This document shows positions 62,229-64,000 of a DNA stretch of 64,000 nucleotides, piece after piece. Source of the DNA: Anthoceros angustus. Lineage: Eukaryota > Plantae > Anthocerotophyta. Numbering within the stretch: position 1 is the stretch's first letter; every line of letters starts with the position of its first letter. A model generated the notes under the pieces. That model was not told where the DNA came from. It ran no database searches and was given only the letters and a program-made list of their open reading frames with translations. The stretch is from positions 124,001 through 188,000 of the forward strand of contig VJWM01000197.1 of NCBI GenBank assembly GCA_010909165.1, read 5' to 3'. Made by a program: the position numbers and the translations under genes.

Positions 62229-64000
62229 ATGTCCACGTCTGGCGTGGATGTGCTTCCGCCCGGAGGCATACAAGCCGGGGTTGCAGAAGCTGTCCCGGAG
62301 GTGGAGGAGGAGGATGCATGTGACAAGACAGAAGAAGTGCGAGTTGTGGGAGACGTCTCGTCTGTGGATGGGAAGGAACAGGGAATTCTGAATGCGAGCG
62401 CATCATTGGTTACAATGTGTGAGAATGGCAACAAAACATCTTGCAATGAAGACGCGCCAAAGGAGGCCGCGGCGGGGAAGGTGGCTTCCGGGATGGTGAG
62501 CAGAAAGGATAAGCGGAAACAGTTGAAGAAGTTGAAGAGACAGCAAATTCGGCAGGAAGTGGCTGTGGCGAGGAAGGTCGAGGAGGATGCCCGGCTGGCT
62601 GATCCGGAAGAGCAGGCTAGGATACGGTTAGAGGAGCAGCAAGAAGCGGAAGCTTTGGCGCGGGAGGAGGCTGAGAATGATAGGCTGATGCAGCTCTGGC
62701 TTGAAAGGGATGAGCAGGACAGGAAGGAGGCCGAGCGGCGGCTACAGGATGAGCTGGCTCGGCAGGTAGGATGATGGGATGGATGGATGAGTATGTTGCC
62801 GTGGGAGGTTTGTTTCTTGTGCAGCTGATTGGATGAGTGACTGATGGCCCGTCGCTGGCTCTGCAGCAAGAGGAGGAAGAGGCCAGGAAGCTGGCGGAAG
62901 AGGACCAGCTTGAAGAGGGATGGGAGTATGTGGACGATGGACCAGCTCAGATAATCTGGCAAGGAAACGAGATCATCTTTAAAAAGCCTAAGAAGAAGGT
63001 CCTGAAGGCAGTTGGTGGCCAACCTAATGAGGTATTGTGATGTTGCCGGGCGTGAGGTAGGTTGTAGCAGAGGATAAGTCTGTTTTCTGCTCTAAAGGAT
63101 GTTCCACGTTGCGTTTTTTTGGTGCAGAAAGCTCAGGCGCCATCATCAAATCCTCTTCCACCTCAGGGTACAGCATTTGCAGCCCAGCGGCGGACAGAAC
63201 CTACGAGTCCATCCGAGAGTGCTGAGAAAACTCGGAATTTCGGGACTGAACAGGTGGGTTTGTCTACAATGGTTTCCCTAGAGCAATTGTTTTTTGTCTG
63301 CCTTCGTGGCAAAAACTGACAACATTACTTCTTCTGCGCTCTACCTCCAGGACAAAACACATTGTCCTTTCCATATCAAGACCGGAGTGTGTCGCTTTGG
63401 AGTTTCTTGCAGTCGAGCTCATGTGTATCCAGATAAATCTTGTACCTTGCTTATAAGGAACATGTACACTGGCCCAGGCCTGGCTTGGGAGCATGAAGAT
63501 GGGCTAGAGGTTTGTATTGTCCGTGTCTTGTGGTTGGCATTGGTCTGTATTGTGCTTGGGCATGTTTTCAGGGGAGTACGGCAAGTAACCTCCAGGGGTT
63601 GTGTAGTCAGCATGGTCCTGTGTATGAGTCGCACACCATAAGACTGTGTGATGGGGTAGCATTACGGTCCTTGTTTTCAGAATGCTCTGAAGCAGTGGTT
63701 ATTAGAAGTTGCTTGCTCAGCTGGGTGTGCAGTGCATAGTTTTTTTAACTGTTTCCTCCAGAATGTACTTGCACAACTACTGTGATTGGAGGTGGACAGC
63801 ACCTCTTGGCTGAGGCCCAAGATATGTGAGCCGTTCCGTATCCTGCTGTTAACTGTAGAGCTCCGCACCTTTGTTATTGCATAGTTTGCAGCAGATATTG
63901 AACTTCATTGTCGGAAAAGTGATTAATTGTGAAGGAGCAACCCTTTGGTGGATTGTGCCTGGAAGTCTCCTTGATTGTAACGCTTTGTCAGAGATGTTAG
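62229..64000 (+). CDS. ZRSR2: U2AF35-related CCCH/RRM splicing factor (ZRSR2/RGH3/URP ortholog), 5' exons, continues beyond the window
   Basis: [44 protein letters not shown]|[53 protein letters not shown]. Confidence 0.9.

Overview
Nuclear genomic DNA of a seed-free land plant. A hornwort or fern is most likely, inferred from a U-to-C-type DYW:KP editing factor, a P5B-like ATPase and short GT-AG introns. The main discovery is an 11.9-kb DNA transposon (15950-27835) with perfect 26-bp terminal inverted repeats (TATGG...CCATA) and a 6-bp target-site duplication (ACCTAT). It encodes an intron-containing IS3EU-type (IS3/IS481-like) DDE transposase. It also carries a large cargo gene that combines a ParB-like domain with a bacterial-type beta-class N4-cytosine/N6-adenine DNA methyltransferase, plus further unknown ORFs. 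Host genes: a PLS-class PPR protein with a DRH-ending DYW:KP domain and an N-terminal OSB-type PDF ssDNA-binding motif, an ANT1-like amino-acid transporter, an F-box/kelch gene (one frameshift), a DUF1685 gene, two Gnk2/DUF26 secreted proteins, a P5B-like ATPase, an HSPA12-like pseudo-ATPase-coiled-coil-RING protein, and the 5' part of a ZRSR2/RGH3 splicing factor. The first 10 kb is an F-box pseudogene plus nested Gypsy/Copia relics. Several near-tandem duplications with complementary small indels (notably 37.5-46.1 kb) suggest local assembly errors, so frameshifts in this window must be re-checked on reads. All family assignments come from motif recognition by eye; no database search was run.
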